The notes: generated from the letters alone by a model not told the origin. DNA of 63,963 nucleotides, filler included, from Octopus bimaculoides (GCF_001194135.2; 5 parts of 5 records of this genome joined end to end with filler, not necessarily neighbours in it), one strand, 5' to 3'. Positions 1 to 13,169 are shown, numbered from the whole stretch's first letter. Translations and numbers: made by a program.

Positions 1-54
<54 letters not shown>

Positions 55-208
55 CATGTATGTATATATGCATATATTTATATATATATCTATATATACA
101 TTTATGCATGCTCATATAACGTATATATATTAATATATGCATATACATATGGTTCTGTGTTTTTACATATATAAGCATATGAGCATGTTCTCATTCATTT
201 CTACTTAC

Positions 209-244
209 CAGCACTGACAAACCAACCCATCTCGCACACGTGAC
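209..244 (-). CDS. candidate 36-nt micro-exon (xHVCEMGWFVSAx if phase 1-1)
   Basis: Minus strand: ctatgtcacag|GTCACG...GTGCTG|gtaagt. Length is a multiple of 3 and all three frames are open. No homology recognised. Confidence 0.2.
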
Positions 245-437
245 CTGTGACATAGATATAGTCACAAACTTACTCAGATATATGAATTTGTATTCAGTAT
301 ACGTTTTCTGTACAGATTGCAATATAAGCTGAACTCATCCTACTGAACTAAATTTACCATTTTTCTTCCCTTTATACGTCAGTTGAAAGATCGATATTCA
401 GCATTCTATAAACTATGCTAATATCATTCACCGTTTA

Positions 438-656
438 GGGCGGCGAGCTGGCAGAATCGTTAGCGCGCCAGGCGAAATGCTTAGTGGTATTTCGTCTGTT
501 TTTACGTTCTGAGTTCAAATTCCGCCGAGGTCGACTTTGCCTTTCATCATTTCGGAGTAGATAAATTAAGTACCAGTTGTGTACTGGAGTCGATCTAATC
601 TACTGGCCCCCTCCCCAAAGAATTTCGGGCCTTGTGCTTAGAGTAGAAAAGAATAT
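438..656 (+). mobile_element. tRNA-derived SINE family A (octopus type), near full length
   Basis: GGCGGCGAGCTGGCAGAATCG head, B-box-like GAGTTCAAATTCC, and the body GAGGTCGACTTTGCCTTTCATC..TTCGG..GATAAATTAAGTACCAG that recurs more than 15 times in the window. Confidence 0.9.
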
Positions 657-924
657 TTTTCATCTTTTACCATTTAATTTGTTTCAATCATTAGACTGCG
701 TACATTAGACTGCGAAAGATTTTTAGTTTTATTAATCGGCCCCAGTACCGCAGTTATGACAACTGAGGCTTTGTGCTCGTTAAGGTATGAGGCCCCGAAC
801 TTGGACAGGACGCCGTTGACCAAAGGGCCTTTACCGTGCCCGTGATCGATGGGGCCCTCTGCTTAAACACACCTAAGCACAATGGTAAATCCGGAACCGG
901 TGGGCCCCAGTGATTATTTCTTTT

Positions 925-1235
925 TTCAAACCTGACACTTATTCAATCGGGTTCTTTCGCTGAACCACTAAGTTACGAGGGACCTAGACCCACCAACACC
1001 GGTTGTCAAGTGTTGGAGGAGATCAAACACAGACAGAACGGTACACGCATATACACACACGGACACACACAAACGCGCGCACACACACATATGGGCTTCT
1101 TTTAATTTTCGTCTACCAAATCCGCACACAAGGATTTGGTCGGCCCGAGGCTATAGTAGAAGACATTTCCCTAACGTTCCTCTCAGTGGGACTGAACCCG
1201 AAACCATGTGGTTGGGAAGCAAGCTACTAACCTCA
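925..1235 (-). mobile_element. tRNA-derived SINE family B (CORE-like), degraded
   Basis: Reverse complement of the family B copy at 39265-39690, with an internal (CA)n tract. Confidence 0.85.
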
Positions 1236-1462
1236 CAACGACATCTTTGCCTATATTGTTGACCAGCATATTTTATCGAATAAATGTAACCAGAGATGTA
1301 ACGTATGGAGTCTATACGATATGATAACAATACCAGATATAGATTTAATTTATCTAATGAAGAATCATGAAAAGAGGGTAATTAGAAATTATTTTGCAGA
1401 CATGATATTTTGCAATATCAAATTTGGCAGCGAAGCGACACACACACACACACGCATGCACG

Positions 1463-1506
<44 letters not shown>

Positions 1507-2709
1507 CACACACACACACGCACACACGCAAGTGTGTAAGTAGACATATATGCATATACGCATTTTTGCTTGTATCTATAAGTATGTATATGTGTTTTTT
1601 AATCTATCTGTCTATATATATATATATGTATATATGTAATATGTATATATATATGATATCAACATATGATATATATATGTCATGACGTTCGGCGAATGAT
1701 CAACAAATTTGCGTCCGTAAGCAATATTAGAAACAAGTAAGAAGATAATGGATTATCGCTCTCTCCTCCGATAGATATACTGTTAACTGGGATGCAGTGT
1801 TCTGTTATGAAGAACAAACATCTACCTGATATCAATGAAAAAGAAAATATTCCCCGACAATAACTACCAACTGCCTTAAACATATTAAGAGTAGCAATAG
1901 AATGTGGTGTTACACAACATATAACATTGCAGTAAAATTCAGTGCTGCAAAGCATTTTCTTTCCTTGATCAGAATATATTTCCCGAACGGCCACATATTC
2001 CATCAGCTATTGCTATTCAACAAGAATAACATAAAGTCAAGCTGTAGCTGCACACAGAACATGTCAAATATCATTAAGAGTTACAATGCATAAATATTGC
2101 AAATAAACTAAGTGTGTAGCTGACATGCAATTGCCGAAATATATATCTCTTCTCGAAGGTAATTTACCCGGAAAAAAAAAACTGAAAAAAAAAAATACTA
2201 TACAAAACCAAAACAAGTGTTATATTTTGTGTTGATGATCACGCTAATATTTCACAAACAAGCTACATGAGACCGACATAACAGTCATTCAAAATATTTT
2301 TGCACCAACATTTTCGTATCGTTGCATTACGGTGACACCGAGATGACTGCAGCACATTTGAAATGGTGGTGATAATGGTAGACTCTCGCAGTCAGAGAAA
2401 AACGGTTCTTCAATTTCTTGCTGCTCACCCTCAACAAATGATTTGTTTGTACTGATTAAATGTGTATATGTTGTACATTAGCGCATTCCCTCCATCAAAT
2501 TGATGTTGTCTGAACAGATACACGTCGTACCACCCGTCAGGTTTCATTGTGATGGCAGTGCAATGTCAGATAAAGTGTTTTCCTCAACGCACTACCCGGT
2601 CCCGGAGTTGAAATTACGATCTCTCGATCGTGAGTGGGACAACAGTTGACAACAGTTTGTTAATGATGCACCATATCGATGCGATGCACCTACAAATGGG
2701 TGCACCCCC

Positions 2710-2782
<73 letters not shown>

Positions 2783-2825
2783 NNNNNNNNNNCACACACA
2801 TACGAATGTATGAATTTATGTCATT

Positions 2826-3262
2826 ATTCAGTATTATTTCAAGATTTCTTGCCAATAGAGAAAGAGCCAAAGCTCCATCATTGGAATTTCAACATTAGCA
2901 GAGTAAGTATGTATGTATGTATGTATGTATGTATGTATGTATGAAATTGTGCAGATTCGTATGTTTTGTTTTATGTATGCAGTCTCATGCATATAGTTGC
3001 ATTTCTAGACATGCTCATGTATATTTAAATAATGAACTTCTGGAAAGTTTTACAGATTTTTAGTTCCAGTGATGGATTGGATTTGTTGCCTTCAAATCAG
3101 CTTTCTCCTATCTGATTTTGAGGAGCCTAATTTCTCAAGATTGGTATTTAGGCAGTGCGTTACATATCCCATTGCTCCAATAATTACAGGTATAAACCTG
3201 AACTTGTAATCTGGATAAAGTAGTTGTAGATTCCTCAATAGTTCAACGTAGGTATTTTCTTG
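2826..3262 (-). mobile_element. 3' fragment of a non-LTR retrotransposon with restriction-like endonuclease (RLE)
   Basis: Minus translation ENTYVELLRNLQLLYPDYKFRFIPVIIGAMGYV matches the RLE C-terminus (KY..L..L...PIIIGALG). Related pieces lie at 32.4 kb and 58 kb. Confidence 0.75.
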
Positions 3263-3274
3263 TATGTTTGTATG

Positions 3275-3310
<36 letters not shown>

Positions 3311-4924
3311 TATACGTATGTATGCATGCATGCATGTATACATGCATTTTTGTATGTACGTATGTATGTACGTATGCATGCGTGCATCTGTGTATAAACA
3401 TTACCAGAGTCTTGATAGTTTGAGTACTCGTATCCTAGGGTTACACTTGGATTTTATCGAAGAATATATAAGCATCAGGTTGACTAAATATTGTGTAAAC
3501 GACTGTACAAGCCTACAACTTTGTTACAAAACTGCCAATAAACGCATCCAACTAAGTAAGCTTTCAACACCTCTTTCTTTCATGTTACAAAGTTGCACAA
3601 AACCCTTATTCAATACAAACCCACTTGAATATGAACGAAAGGCTGTGTCATCAGGCAATAAAAAAAATCAATACCTGCTAAATTAGAATGAAAATTTCCT
3701 AGAATTTGACTGCGTGTGACCAATGTCTGGTGGTTAATAAAATTTCTAGGCTGCTCAGTTGTCTGCAAGGATTATTTATTGTGGACTGAGCCTGGAATAT
3801 GCTGGGTAGAGGGTCAGTCTTGCTCAGAGCGTGACTTGAATTTTAAAGGTGAAGATATGAGTGTTGTGGTTAAGAAGCTTGCTTTGCAGCTACAGGGTTT
3901 TAAGTTCATTCCCAATGCGCCGTAGCTTGGGACTCCCTGACCTTTTCAGGCCGCCGCTCGCTTGGCACCCAGGCCACATCCCCAAGTGCCCTGCAACCTC
4001 AACAAACTCACAACCACAAAATATAGACCACTTTCTGCAGCAAATTCCAAACAACTGTGTTTCATAAATAAAAGTTAAACCTAATCAACCCATTATTTTA
4101 ATTTCTTTTTATATCCATTGCCTCATTTTGGGCACCTCATTATCACCTCACTTTTCTTCAATACCCTCCTGAGTCTTTCCATTGTCTTTCATTGAATGAG
4201 CAAATAGTAAATAGGTGTTCTCATTCCTTTGAAATCAAGAAAATAATTTAACTCTCAACTTTTCTGTTACCAGAAACTTTACAGTAATCTTTGCAACAAC
4301 AAATATTCACAAAATAAACTTCCCAAAACCTACCAACATAGCGATTATACGTATTTATCTGTCACTGAACATATCACAGCTTCCACAACCAGCAGTGCAT
4401 CGTTGTGCAGTGCTTTTATCATCTCGTCAAAAACAGGGATTTGCGTACAATAATTCTCTTGAGTAAAGTCTAATATTTGAGAACGATTACAGTAATATTC
4501 CAAGGGGGATCATTACTGATTCGAAATTGCAAAACATTACATTATTTTGCCTTAGTAGAACGAAAGGATTGAAAATTAAAAAGCAGAAAATGCAAAACCC
4601 AACGGATAATTGAAAATCTGTTATCATTGAGAAGCACATGGAGTTAAAAATATTTCAGTCCTTCCGAGTTTATAGCTTAATCAACTTCCTCGACAGCACC
4701 TGCTCCACCATATTTTCTTGTCTTCGATATCCTGTTTGATATGTAACACACCTGAACCTTCCAACTTCTTTTTCTCTCAGATTTTCTTCATCCTCTCCAT
4801 ATACATATACATGTTTCTAAACATCTTTCTTGAGTCCGAGGGTTCTAAGGCCGGTCACCTGGTTTCCTTGATGTGTAAGTGATTGAGACCACAGCATTAT
4901 CTGGCGAAAAGTACACCTTTGAGA

Positions 4925-5102
4925 GGAGGGGACAAGTCTATTACATCGACCGCATTACTTGTCTGGCACTTTAGTCTATCGACGCCCGAAGAGTTGTAAG
5001 GCAAAGTTGATCTCGGTGGGATTTGAACTCAGAACTTAAAGAGCCAGAAAAACTGCCGCTAAGTATTTCATCTGATGAGCTAACGATTCTGCCAGCTCGT
5101 CC
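4925..5102 (-). mobile_element. SINE family A, diverged
   Basis: Reverse-complement match to the family A head and body. Confidence 0.75.
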
Positions 5103-5185
5103 TGAAGTCTTCACACATACGATGCGCAAAATATGGAAATATTCAGAGAAATACATAAAACTTTGATCTAGTAAATATTGTACAC

Positions 5186-5548
5186 TTTTACTCTATTATT
5201 TGTTTCAGTCATTTGACTGTGGCCATGCTGGAGCACCGCCTTTCTAGTCGTGCAAATCGATCCCAGGACTTATTCTATCGGTCTCTTTTGCCGAACCGCT
5301 AAGTTAAACACACCAGCATAGGTTGTCAAGCGATGTTGGGGGGACAAACACACACACACGTATATATATATATATACATATATACGACGGGCTTCTTTCA
5401 GTTTCCGTCTACCAAATCCACTCACAAGGCTTTGGTCGGCCCGAGGTTATAGTAGAAGATACTTGCCCAAGGTGTCACGCAGTGGGACTGAATCCGGAAC
5501 CATGTGGTTGATAAGCAAGCTACTTACCACACAGCCACTCCTGCGCCT
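5186..5548 (-). mobile_element. SINE family B, near full length with internal deletions
   Basis: Ends in ...CAGCCACTCCTGCGCCT (head) and carries the GTCATTTGACTGTGGCCATGCTGG tail. Confidence 0.9.
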
Positions 5549-6109
5549 ATATATTAATTATAAAAATAATTCTATCTCTCCGAATAACATTACTGTCAAA
5601 GATTGGAAGTAAAGAAATGTCTGTTAGTACTTTGTAGTAAACGATTAGCGAGATTTATGAGTTTGACATTGCTTCTGCAATTTAACTTGATGACTCGACA
5701 GATGAGACAAATTGTCTTCAGTTATCTATATTTTATCGAGGAGGAGGAGGAGGAGGGGGAGGAAATGAAGGCGTTTTGAAAAGATATTGATAAACATAAC
5801 TCTAGAAGCAACGATTTAGTCGTAGACAAAATGTTTTAAAAAGTGGTTTTAAATGTTCGTATTGGAGCTTCCGGTGCGATTGCCAATCAGTACAGCATGT
5901 CGTTTTGCAAATTTCTGTCTGGGTGAATTGCGTCATGGTGCTGTTTTTCTCACAGACGGTGCCCAAGTGAACTTACTATACTTTGTAGTCGACAAAAGCA
6001 AAAAAAACAACAATAATGCGCATGCGCGAAATACATATACATATATACAAACACATATATATATATGTATATATATATATATATCAATGTGTACGTTTGT
6101 TTGTGTCTG

Positions 6110-6305
6110 TGTTTGTACCCCCCCTACAGGTCGACAACCGGTGTTGGTGTGTTTAGGTCTCCGTAACTTAACGATTTTGCAAGAAAGCGGCCAATAGAAT
6201 AAGTACTAGGCTTTAAAAAATACGTCGTGGATTCCATTGTTTCCACTAAAACTCTTCAAGGCAGTGCCCCAGCATGACCGCAGTAAAAGATGACTGAAAC
6301 AATTA
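6110..6305 (+). mobile_element. SINE family B 3' half
   Basis: GACAACCGGTGTTGGTGTGTTT...AATAGAATAAGTACTAGGC...GACTGAAAC. Confidence 0.8.
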
Positions 6306-6374
6306 AAAAACGCAAATTTTTCCGATGGGTGATCGATTCTGCCAGTTCACCGCCCTATGCTTTTACGATAATTA

Positions 6375-6580
6375 TCTCTACTACAGGCTCATAGAAGAGG
6401 GTAAGGGAGACTACTCGATTACATTGACTCTAGTACTTGACTGGTACTTATTCTATCGACCCCCGGAAAGGATAAAAAGCAAAGTCAATCGCAGCGGAAC
6501 TTGAACCAAGAACGTAAAAGCTGGACGAAATGCCGCAATGTATTTTGGTCGGTTTGTTAACGATCCTGCCAGCCTATGGC
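6375..6580 (-). mobile_element. SINE family A, diverged
   Basis: CTGGTACTTATTCTATCGACCCC..GAAAGGAT..GCAAAGTC body on the reverse strand. Confidence 0.75.
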
Positions 6581-7942
6581 TTTTGATAACTTCGTAATAA
6601 TTCTTTCTTTTATAAGCAGAAGATTTGAGACTTTGGTGCGAGTAGCCAGTCGATTAAATTGAGCCCAGTGAATTTGCGCCTGAGATTTTTTTTATAGCAA
6701 AGCTTTTCATGCAGAGATGAAATTGTGATACTTCAGTTATTTCTAATAACGTGATAGAATTTCTCGATCAGAATTCGCAATGTAAGAATGGCATAACCAG
6801 AGAATTAACCACAAAGAATTTCATAACGTTGGAAAGATAAGTTAATGGATATTAATGAATATTTCCCAAATCTTGGTGACGAGAAATTTGGTGTGTTATC
6901 GGAATCCTTTCACTGCAATTGCTACGCTGGAATTTGAAACAGATATGAAAGAAACTAATTTGGTCGAGCCTCAGAGTGATGATTCTGAACATTATGAATT
7001 TCCGGAGGATTTGTGTGGTTTTTTGGTTCCAGATGCGCAAATATTCCAAACGGATTGTTGAATCTGCTTTCCAAACATTGCTGCTATTTCCGCCAACATA
7101 GCTTTCGTGATTTAACGGGTCGAGTATTATATCAAAGCAAATCAAATCTCGAAATTAAAACAATATTACTGTATGCTCATTGTTTATTGAATATCGTTGC
7201 ATATTTTTCATAATCGTCCGAAGATAAACAACGAGAAACTCAGAGCAAAGATTCGTGAAATTTCATTTTCAGACAAATTACATTGAGCTAAATAGATAGA
7301 TAGATATATTGAGAGAGGAAATTAGTAACAGACAGCGGAAAATCGACCCCAGTACAGGACTGGTGGCCTGTTAATCAAACTCGAATGGATGGAAGTTAAT
7401 TTCGGAGGACTTTGAACTCAGAGTACCAGAACAGAAGCGAAATCTATAGCGATTCGGCCAAAACGTCTTAACACAACACAGCACATATGTTAACGTAAGT
7501 ATCTATATATTTTTACATACACACTCACACACATACTCACACACACACATATATATACATATACACACATATATATAAGTATAAATGTATTTTTATATTT
7601 GTTTGTGTGTGTATATTTTTATTTGTGTGTATATGTGTTCCATTACATCTATGTATTTGCCAGTGTATGTGTGTTTCTATGCGTTTCTTGTGTGTACTTG
7701 TGTATATACGTTTGTTTTTCTTCATACGGTTCTTTCATTGTCCCCTAATCCCAAACTGTTATAGGAATTATTCAGAGGAAGAAGTCATAATACCGTCATT
7801 AATACAATAATCCTATTAACTTGTTTGGAAAAACGAACGATCGATGATAATATCGGTCACAACATTTCAAGCCTCTCCTATAAAAAGCCGCCATTTTTGT
7901 TTTCCCTTATACACGCGCACACACAGACAACATACACAGGCA

Positions 7943-8026
<84 letters not shown>

Positions 8027-8394
8027 GTATGTATGGTATGTATGGTATGTCTGTATATGAGATTATGGATTCACGCTTATATGAATTGCAATTAAGGAGA
8101 AAAATGATTCAATACTGTTAGTTAGAATAGCATAATAATGTTATTCAAAGCTGAATCTGTGTAAATCGCTACAAGGTGTGGCGGCGGGATCAAGAAAGCC
8201 CGAGTAGCAACCGCACACAAGTTTAGCATTGAATTATAGTCTAGTATGTACTGAAGGTTATATATATATGTATGTGTGTATAATGATTTTGTTGGTCGAA
8301 ACTTCTAAGTTACTATCAATAATAATTGTCTTGTTAAAGAATAAGAAATTTGTATTGAGTAATCATTCGATTTAATATAAAATTATTTTTATCA

Positions 8395-8712
8395 TTACAT
8401 TAGAACAAGCAGTAATATCGTACAGTATAATATATTACATAGTATATATATAGACCAAAGTGTACGTACGCCGCTATATTTTATATATAAAGAATAGAAA
8501 AATTGGACAAGAACGCAAAGCATCCAGACAATTATGTGAAAGAAAAAAGGGACAACAAAACATCCAGATAGACGATACAAAGAAAACAAGGACGGGTCAT
8601 TCGGAGTTCTCTATCCTCAGTCGAGTTCCAGATTATCTTTGCAATTTCGGCTGGTTATACTCGACATTGCTCTGATCTGGCGAGCCCGAAGGAAAAACTA
8701 AGCTAAGAGTGC
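8395..8712 (-). mobile_element. interspersed repeat (PLE-like terminal region), shared with 23637-23880
   Basis: The reverse complement matches CGAGTATAACCAGCCGAAATTGCAAAGATAATCTG...CTTTGTATCGTCTATCTG at 23.65 kb. The PLE assignment is inference. Confidence 0.6.
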
Positions 8713-8852
8713 CTTGTCGCTCACTTTCTACACATGCTCTGCGCAACATTGTTCTAATGCATGTGTCGTATGCTTCCGAATCCGATATATATAGCCCGGC
8801 GTGCTAACGTTTCTGCCAGCTCGCTGTCTCGGTGAGTGATTCTAATGATATT

Positions 8853-9058
8853 CTTTCTTACTCTAGGCACAAGGTCCGAAATTTTTGGGTAGGGGGGGGG
8901 GCAGTCGATTAGATCGACACCAGTAGGCAACTGGTACTTAATTTATCGACCTAGAAAGGATGAAAGGCAAGGTCGACCTCGGCGGAACTTGAATTCAGAA
9001 CGTAAAACAGACGAAATACCGCACGGCGTGCTAATGATCCTACCATCTCGCTGTCTCG
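8853..9058 (-). mobile_element. SINE family A with 17-bp flanking direct repeat
   Basis: GTGATTCTAATGATATT occurs at 8836-8852 and 9059-9075. Confidence 0.9.
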
Positions 9059-9139
9059 GTGATTCTAATGATATTGTCACCTGCAAAGTCGTTGTTGTTC
9101 CTGTCACCGGAAAACGACTTTGACCAGAAGCCGTCTACT

Positions 9140-9353
9140 TATTTACATTCGACGGATATTTGTCCTCATTTTGTTTGTTGTTAACACAACGTTTCGGCTG
9201 ATATACCCTCCAGCCTTCATCAGGTTGATGAAGGCTGGAGGGTATATCAGCTGAAACATTGTGTTAACAACAAACAAGGTGAGGACAAATATCCGTCAAA
9301 TGTAAATAATGTAAATAATGTACATAATTCCTCATCTCTTAAATATAGAACTG
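9140..9353. mobile_element. head-to-head inverted pair of an HHR-bearing repeat (same family as 31.5-32.0 kb)
   Basis: Arms of about 83 bp (9140-9222 and 9226-9308) with a 3-nt spacer. The tail CATAATTCCTCATCTCTTAAATATAGAACTG is shared with the 31.5 kb copy. Confidence 0.85.
9183..9225 (-). ncRNA. minimal type I hammerhead ribozyme motif (extra A after A9)
   Basis: CUGAUGA-A-GGCUG(GAGGGUAUAU)CAGCC-GAA-ACGU-U-GUGUU. The core is intact, but the 5' strand of stem I is truncated by the inversion junction. Confidence 0.6.
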
Positions 9354-10074
9354 AATCCTTCTACTATTCTGAATCCCATATTGGCCAGTCTTCTTTTGAT
9401 GCTGTCATTTGAACATTACCATTGCTTATTTCTTTTTGCCAGATTTAAATCCTTTCCTTTGTTTGTTTGTTTCTCTGGTGTCTTTTCTTGTATTTTCTCA
9501 ACTTTTCTCTTGACACTTGTTTATTCAGTTCTGCTGCTTGTCTTATTTATAACTGAGTTGACTTTGATATTTTTCATTTGTTTATCATAACAAGGGTTTT
9601 ACGACGATAATCCGTTGTTTTCGTCTCACGTTTCCCTGTTGTTTTCAACCGTTTCAGCGAGAGATTTAACTTGGTTGCTCTTTAAAGTTTTAATATCATA
9701 GCTTTATGTTTATTGTTCAGTTAGTGTAGTGTGAAGATCAGTGTGGTAATGATCGGTTATACTGTTGAGGAACCGGATTGATTTGTTCTTGAAGTAAAAT
9801 AGCATCTTTCTTTCCGACTGCAAGTCAGTTTGAGCTTGTTTCTTAGCATTCTGTAATGATCATGCTTGAAAATCTCAATTACTTCAATGTTTTAAGTACT
9901 GTTTAGTAAAGATTGTTTGCTAACATAACATGGCAGTGCTGGTTTAGGACAATCTTTGCTACAAAGTACTGTTGCTGAATATCTCACGTTGTGAGATTTA
10001 AAAATAGTAATTTTCTAAGTAGTTTTTTGTTGATGATAATGTAAGGTATTGCGATGAACGTTTTGTAGTTTGAA

Positions 10075-10470
10075 CAGGGACAGACAAAGGGATTAAGTCG
10101 ATTACATCGTCCCCAGTGCATAACTGGTACTTATTTAATCGACCCCAAAAGGATGAAAGGCAAAGTCGACCTCAGCAAAATTTGAACTCAGAACGTAGCG
10201 GCAGACGAAATACCGCTGAGCATTTCACCCGGCGTGCTAACGATTCTGCCACCTCGCAGCCTTTGCTCTGCAAAATGTCATGTTTCTACACACCGAAGCT
10301 GATGCGCCCGAAATATTGGTTTCAAATTTTGGCTCTGGTACTTATATTATCGACCCCGAATAGATAAAGGTAAAATCGACCTCGACGGAATTTGAACCCA
10401 GAATGTAAAGACGGGTGACATGCCGCGAAGCATTTCGCCCGGCGTGCTTTCGATTCTATCATGTCACCGC
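10075..10470 (-). mobile_element. two tandem SINE family A copies
   Basis: Two bodies, at about 10075-10262 and 10310-10470. Confidence 0.9.
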
Positions 10471-10822
10471 CTCGATGTTTCCAAAATACTGAAAAAATAA
10501 AAATATATATTCTACAAGAACTATTTTTTTCACCACATCAAGGAAATGAAACTGCTTATGTAAGCAAAAGCAACGACGACGATGACGACGGCGACAACAA
10601 CAACAACAGCAACAACAACATAAGGATCATTGGTCCATTTCAATATGCCTGCTGTTACTGGTAACATCAGAACTCGGAGACTTGGGGAGCGTGGTAGGAG
10701 TTTTACTTCTGCCTGATAATACAACTCTGAGTGCCTGCTGGGAGATATTCTAAACTATTTCCCCCAACAAAGTATAATATTCATCATATATATATTCGTA
10801 CTATATACATAATGCATATATA

Positions 10823-10863
<41 letters not shown>

Positions 10864-11167
10864 NNNNNNNNNNNNNNNNNNNNNNNNNNNNNNNNNNNNN
10901 NNNNNNNNNNNNNNNNNNNNNNNNNNNNNNNNNNNNNNNNNNNNNNNNNNNNNNNNNNNNNNNNNNNNNNNNNNNNNNNNNNNNNNNNNNNNNNNNNNNN
11001 NNNNNNNNNNNNNNNNNNNNNNNNNNNNNNNNNNNNNNNNNNNNNNNNNNNNNNNNNNNNNNNNNNNNNNNNNNNNNNNNNNNNNNNNNNNNNNNNNNNN
11101 NNNNNNNNNNNNNNNTATATATATATACATACATGCATACGCACCATATACATAATACATATATACA

Positions 11168-11238
<71 letters not shown>

Positions 11239-11374
11239 ACATACATGTGTGTCTGTGTGTCCGTGTGTGTGCAATAGCTCTGTATTAGATTTGTGAGCAG
11301 TGTTCTAATATGATTTACAACGTCTGAAAGTATATTAGTAGCATTGTTCCAAGTATGTGACTGGTACTGCAATG

Positions 11375-11585
11375 TTGGTTTCAAATTTTGGCACAGGGTC
11401 GGCATTTTCGGGGGAGGTGGATAAGTCGTTTACATCGATTCCAGTGTTCCCTTGGTACTTATTCTATAGAGCCACAAAGGATGAAAGGCAAAGTCGACCT
11501 TGGCCACAATTTGAACACCGAACATAAAATCAGGAGAAATACCACCAAGCATATTTCCCGGCGTGGTTACGATTCTATCAGCTTT
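11375..11585 (-). mobile_element. SINE family A, diverged
   Basis: GGATGAAAGGCAAAGTCGACC body. Confidence 0.8.
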
Positions 11586-11681
11586 AAGCGGTAATGTAAT
11601 ATTATGTAGGATGTTTGTACGGGTAACAGTATGTAACAACAGAACACTGGGAGCAGTCCTGTAATACGTGTTAAGGGCAAG

Positions 11682-12112
11682 GCGGTGAGCTGGCAGAATC
11701 GTTAGCACGCCGGACGAAATGCTTAGCGGTAGTTAGTCTGCCTTACGTTCTGAGTTCAAATTCCGCCGAGGTCGACTTTACCTTTCATCCTTTTGGAGTC
11801 GATAAATTAAGCACCAGTTACGCACTGGGGACAATGTAATCGACTTAATCCCTTAGTCTGTTCTTGTTTGTCCTCTCTATGTTTAGCCCCTTGTGGGCAA
11901 TAAAGAAATAAGAAACGTTAGCACGCCGGGCAAAGTGCTTAGCGGTAGTTCGTCTGTCTTTACATTCTGAGTTCAAATTCCGCCGAGGTCGACTTTGCCT
12001 TTCATCCTTTCGGGGTCGATAAATTAAGTACCAGTTGCGTACTGGAGTCAATCTAATAGACTGGCTCCCACCCCCAAAATGTCGGGCCTTGTGCCTGGAG
12101 TAGAAAAGAATA
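11682..12112 (+). mobile_element. two SINE family A copies head-to-tail with different 3' tails
   Basis: The first copy ends ...GGGCAATAAAGAAATAAGAA. The second starts at ACGTTAGCACGCC and ends ...GTAGAAAAGAAT. Confidence 0.9.
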
Positions 12113-13169
12113 TGTCAAAGGTCATTTGTGTTTGTCTCGGAAAGACTCTCCCAAATATATGTGCAGTATTGTAATATGCATCTTAAAGATGGCGGAACTA
12201 TCACATGAGTTTCAGTAATGGCACAGCGCATGTTCAGATTTTTTTTCTTGATAATATGTGCAAGTGATGGACTTGAAAATAAAAATCACTCCAATATTAT
12301 ATTATAAAACTTCGATAAATTTGGCAATTCCTTTTTTTTTAAATTTGACATATTAATCTCAAAAATTATAATTTGCGGTAATATCTAATGGCAGCATTTT
12401 ATATTAGAACACAGGAAATAAAAATCTGCTTACAAATTAACGAATTAATAACTCAACAATAGCCACACGTGCAAACAAGATCTGACAGGTGTACAATTTT
12501 AGCTGTTTATCGATACTGTCTTATTCTCTGAACCTAATTATAATAACATCATATGTTATTAATAAATGACATTATTACAAAAATAAAATAGATACAAAGG
12601 AAATTGTTTGGATTGTTGGACTGGGCGTTTTGACATTGTTGATGCGAGTGATAAAGTTCTTTTCATATCGACTGAGAATCTAGTTGTGAACAGAACTTAG
12701 AATGTAAAAATGGCGTCTTAAAACTCGAAGGAAACAAAGATTTGTTGAAGACCCGAAAGGTTATATATATATATATATANNNNNNNNNNNNNNNNNNNNN
12801 NNNNNNNNNNNNNNNNNNNNNNNNNNNNNNNNNNNNNNNNNNNNNNNNNNNNNNNNNNNNNNNNNNNNNNNNNNNNNNNNNNNNNNNNNNNNNNNNNNNN
12901 NNNNNNNNNNNNATATATACATTCATGCAGGACATCACAAAAAACGTTAAACACAATGAGAAACGAAAACAAAGATGAAAACAGAAAACGAACTTTTTTC
13001 GAACAACGAAAAAAAACAAACAGAGAAATGTGACATGCAACATAAAGAATATTCCCCTTCATCAGTTGTCCCTGTCCATCTACTCCGCGTTTTGAAGGCA
13101 AGGACAATACGCGACTTCGTTGGAACAGTCCTTCCCGCAAAGCAAATTATAAAATTTTGCGGAGGTTAA

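Larger units (their letters stand above)
5575..7260 (+). pseudogene. decayed hAT (Charlie/Buster-like) transposase interrupted by SINEs
   Basis: Motifs appear in the expected order: NNITVK..EMS, SAI*LDDSTDETNCLQL (first catalytic D), FLTDGAQV (second D), YRNPF, NLVEPQSD, FW..RKY....A..TLLLFPPT (dimerization domain). Many stops and frameshifts. Confidence 0.75.

Noticed and set aside
1730-2000. GPCR-like words WPFGKY and TASQLTVYLSEER on the minus strand
   Set aside because: The spacing is about twice that of a real ECL1-TM3 segment and stops intervene. Probably chance.
5072-5079. CTGATGAG inside a SINE A copy
   Set aside because: This is a mutated SINE head with no GAAA or stems.
12975-13075. 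CUGAUGA-A-GGGG on the minus strand
   Set aside because: I could not find a matching stem II partner, GAAA/UH or stem I complement.
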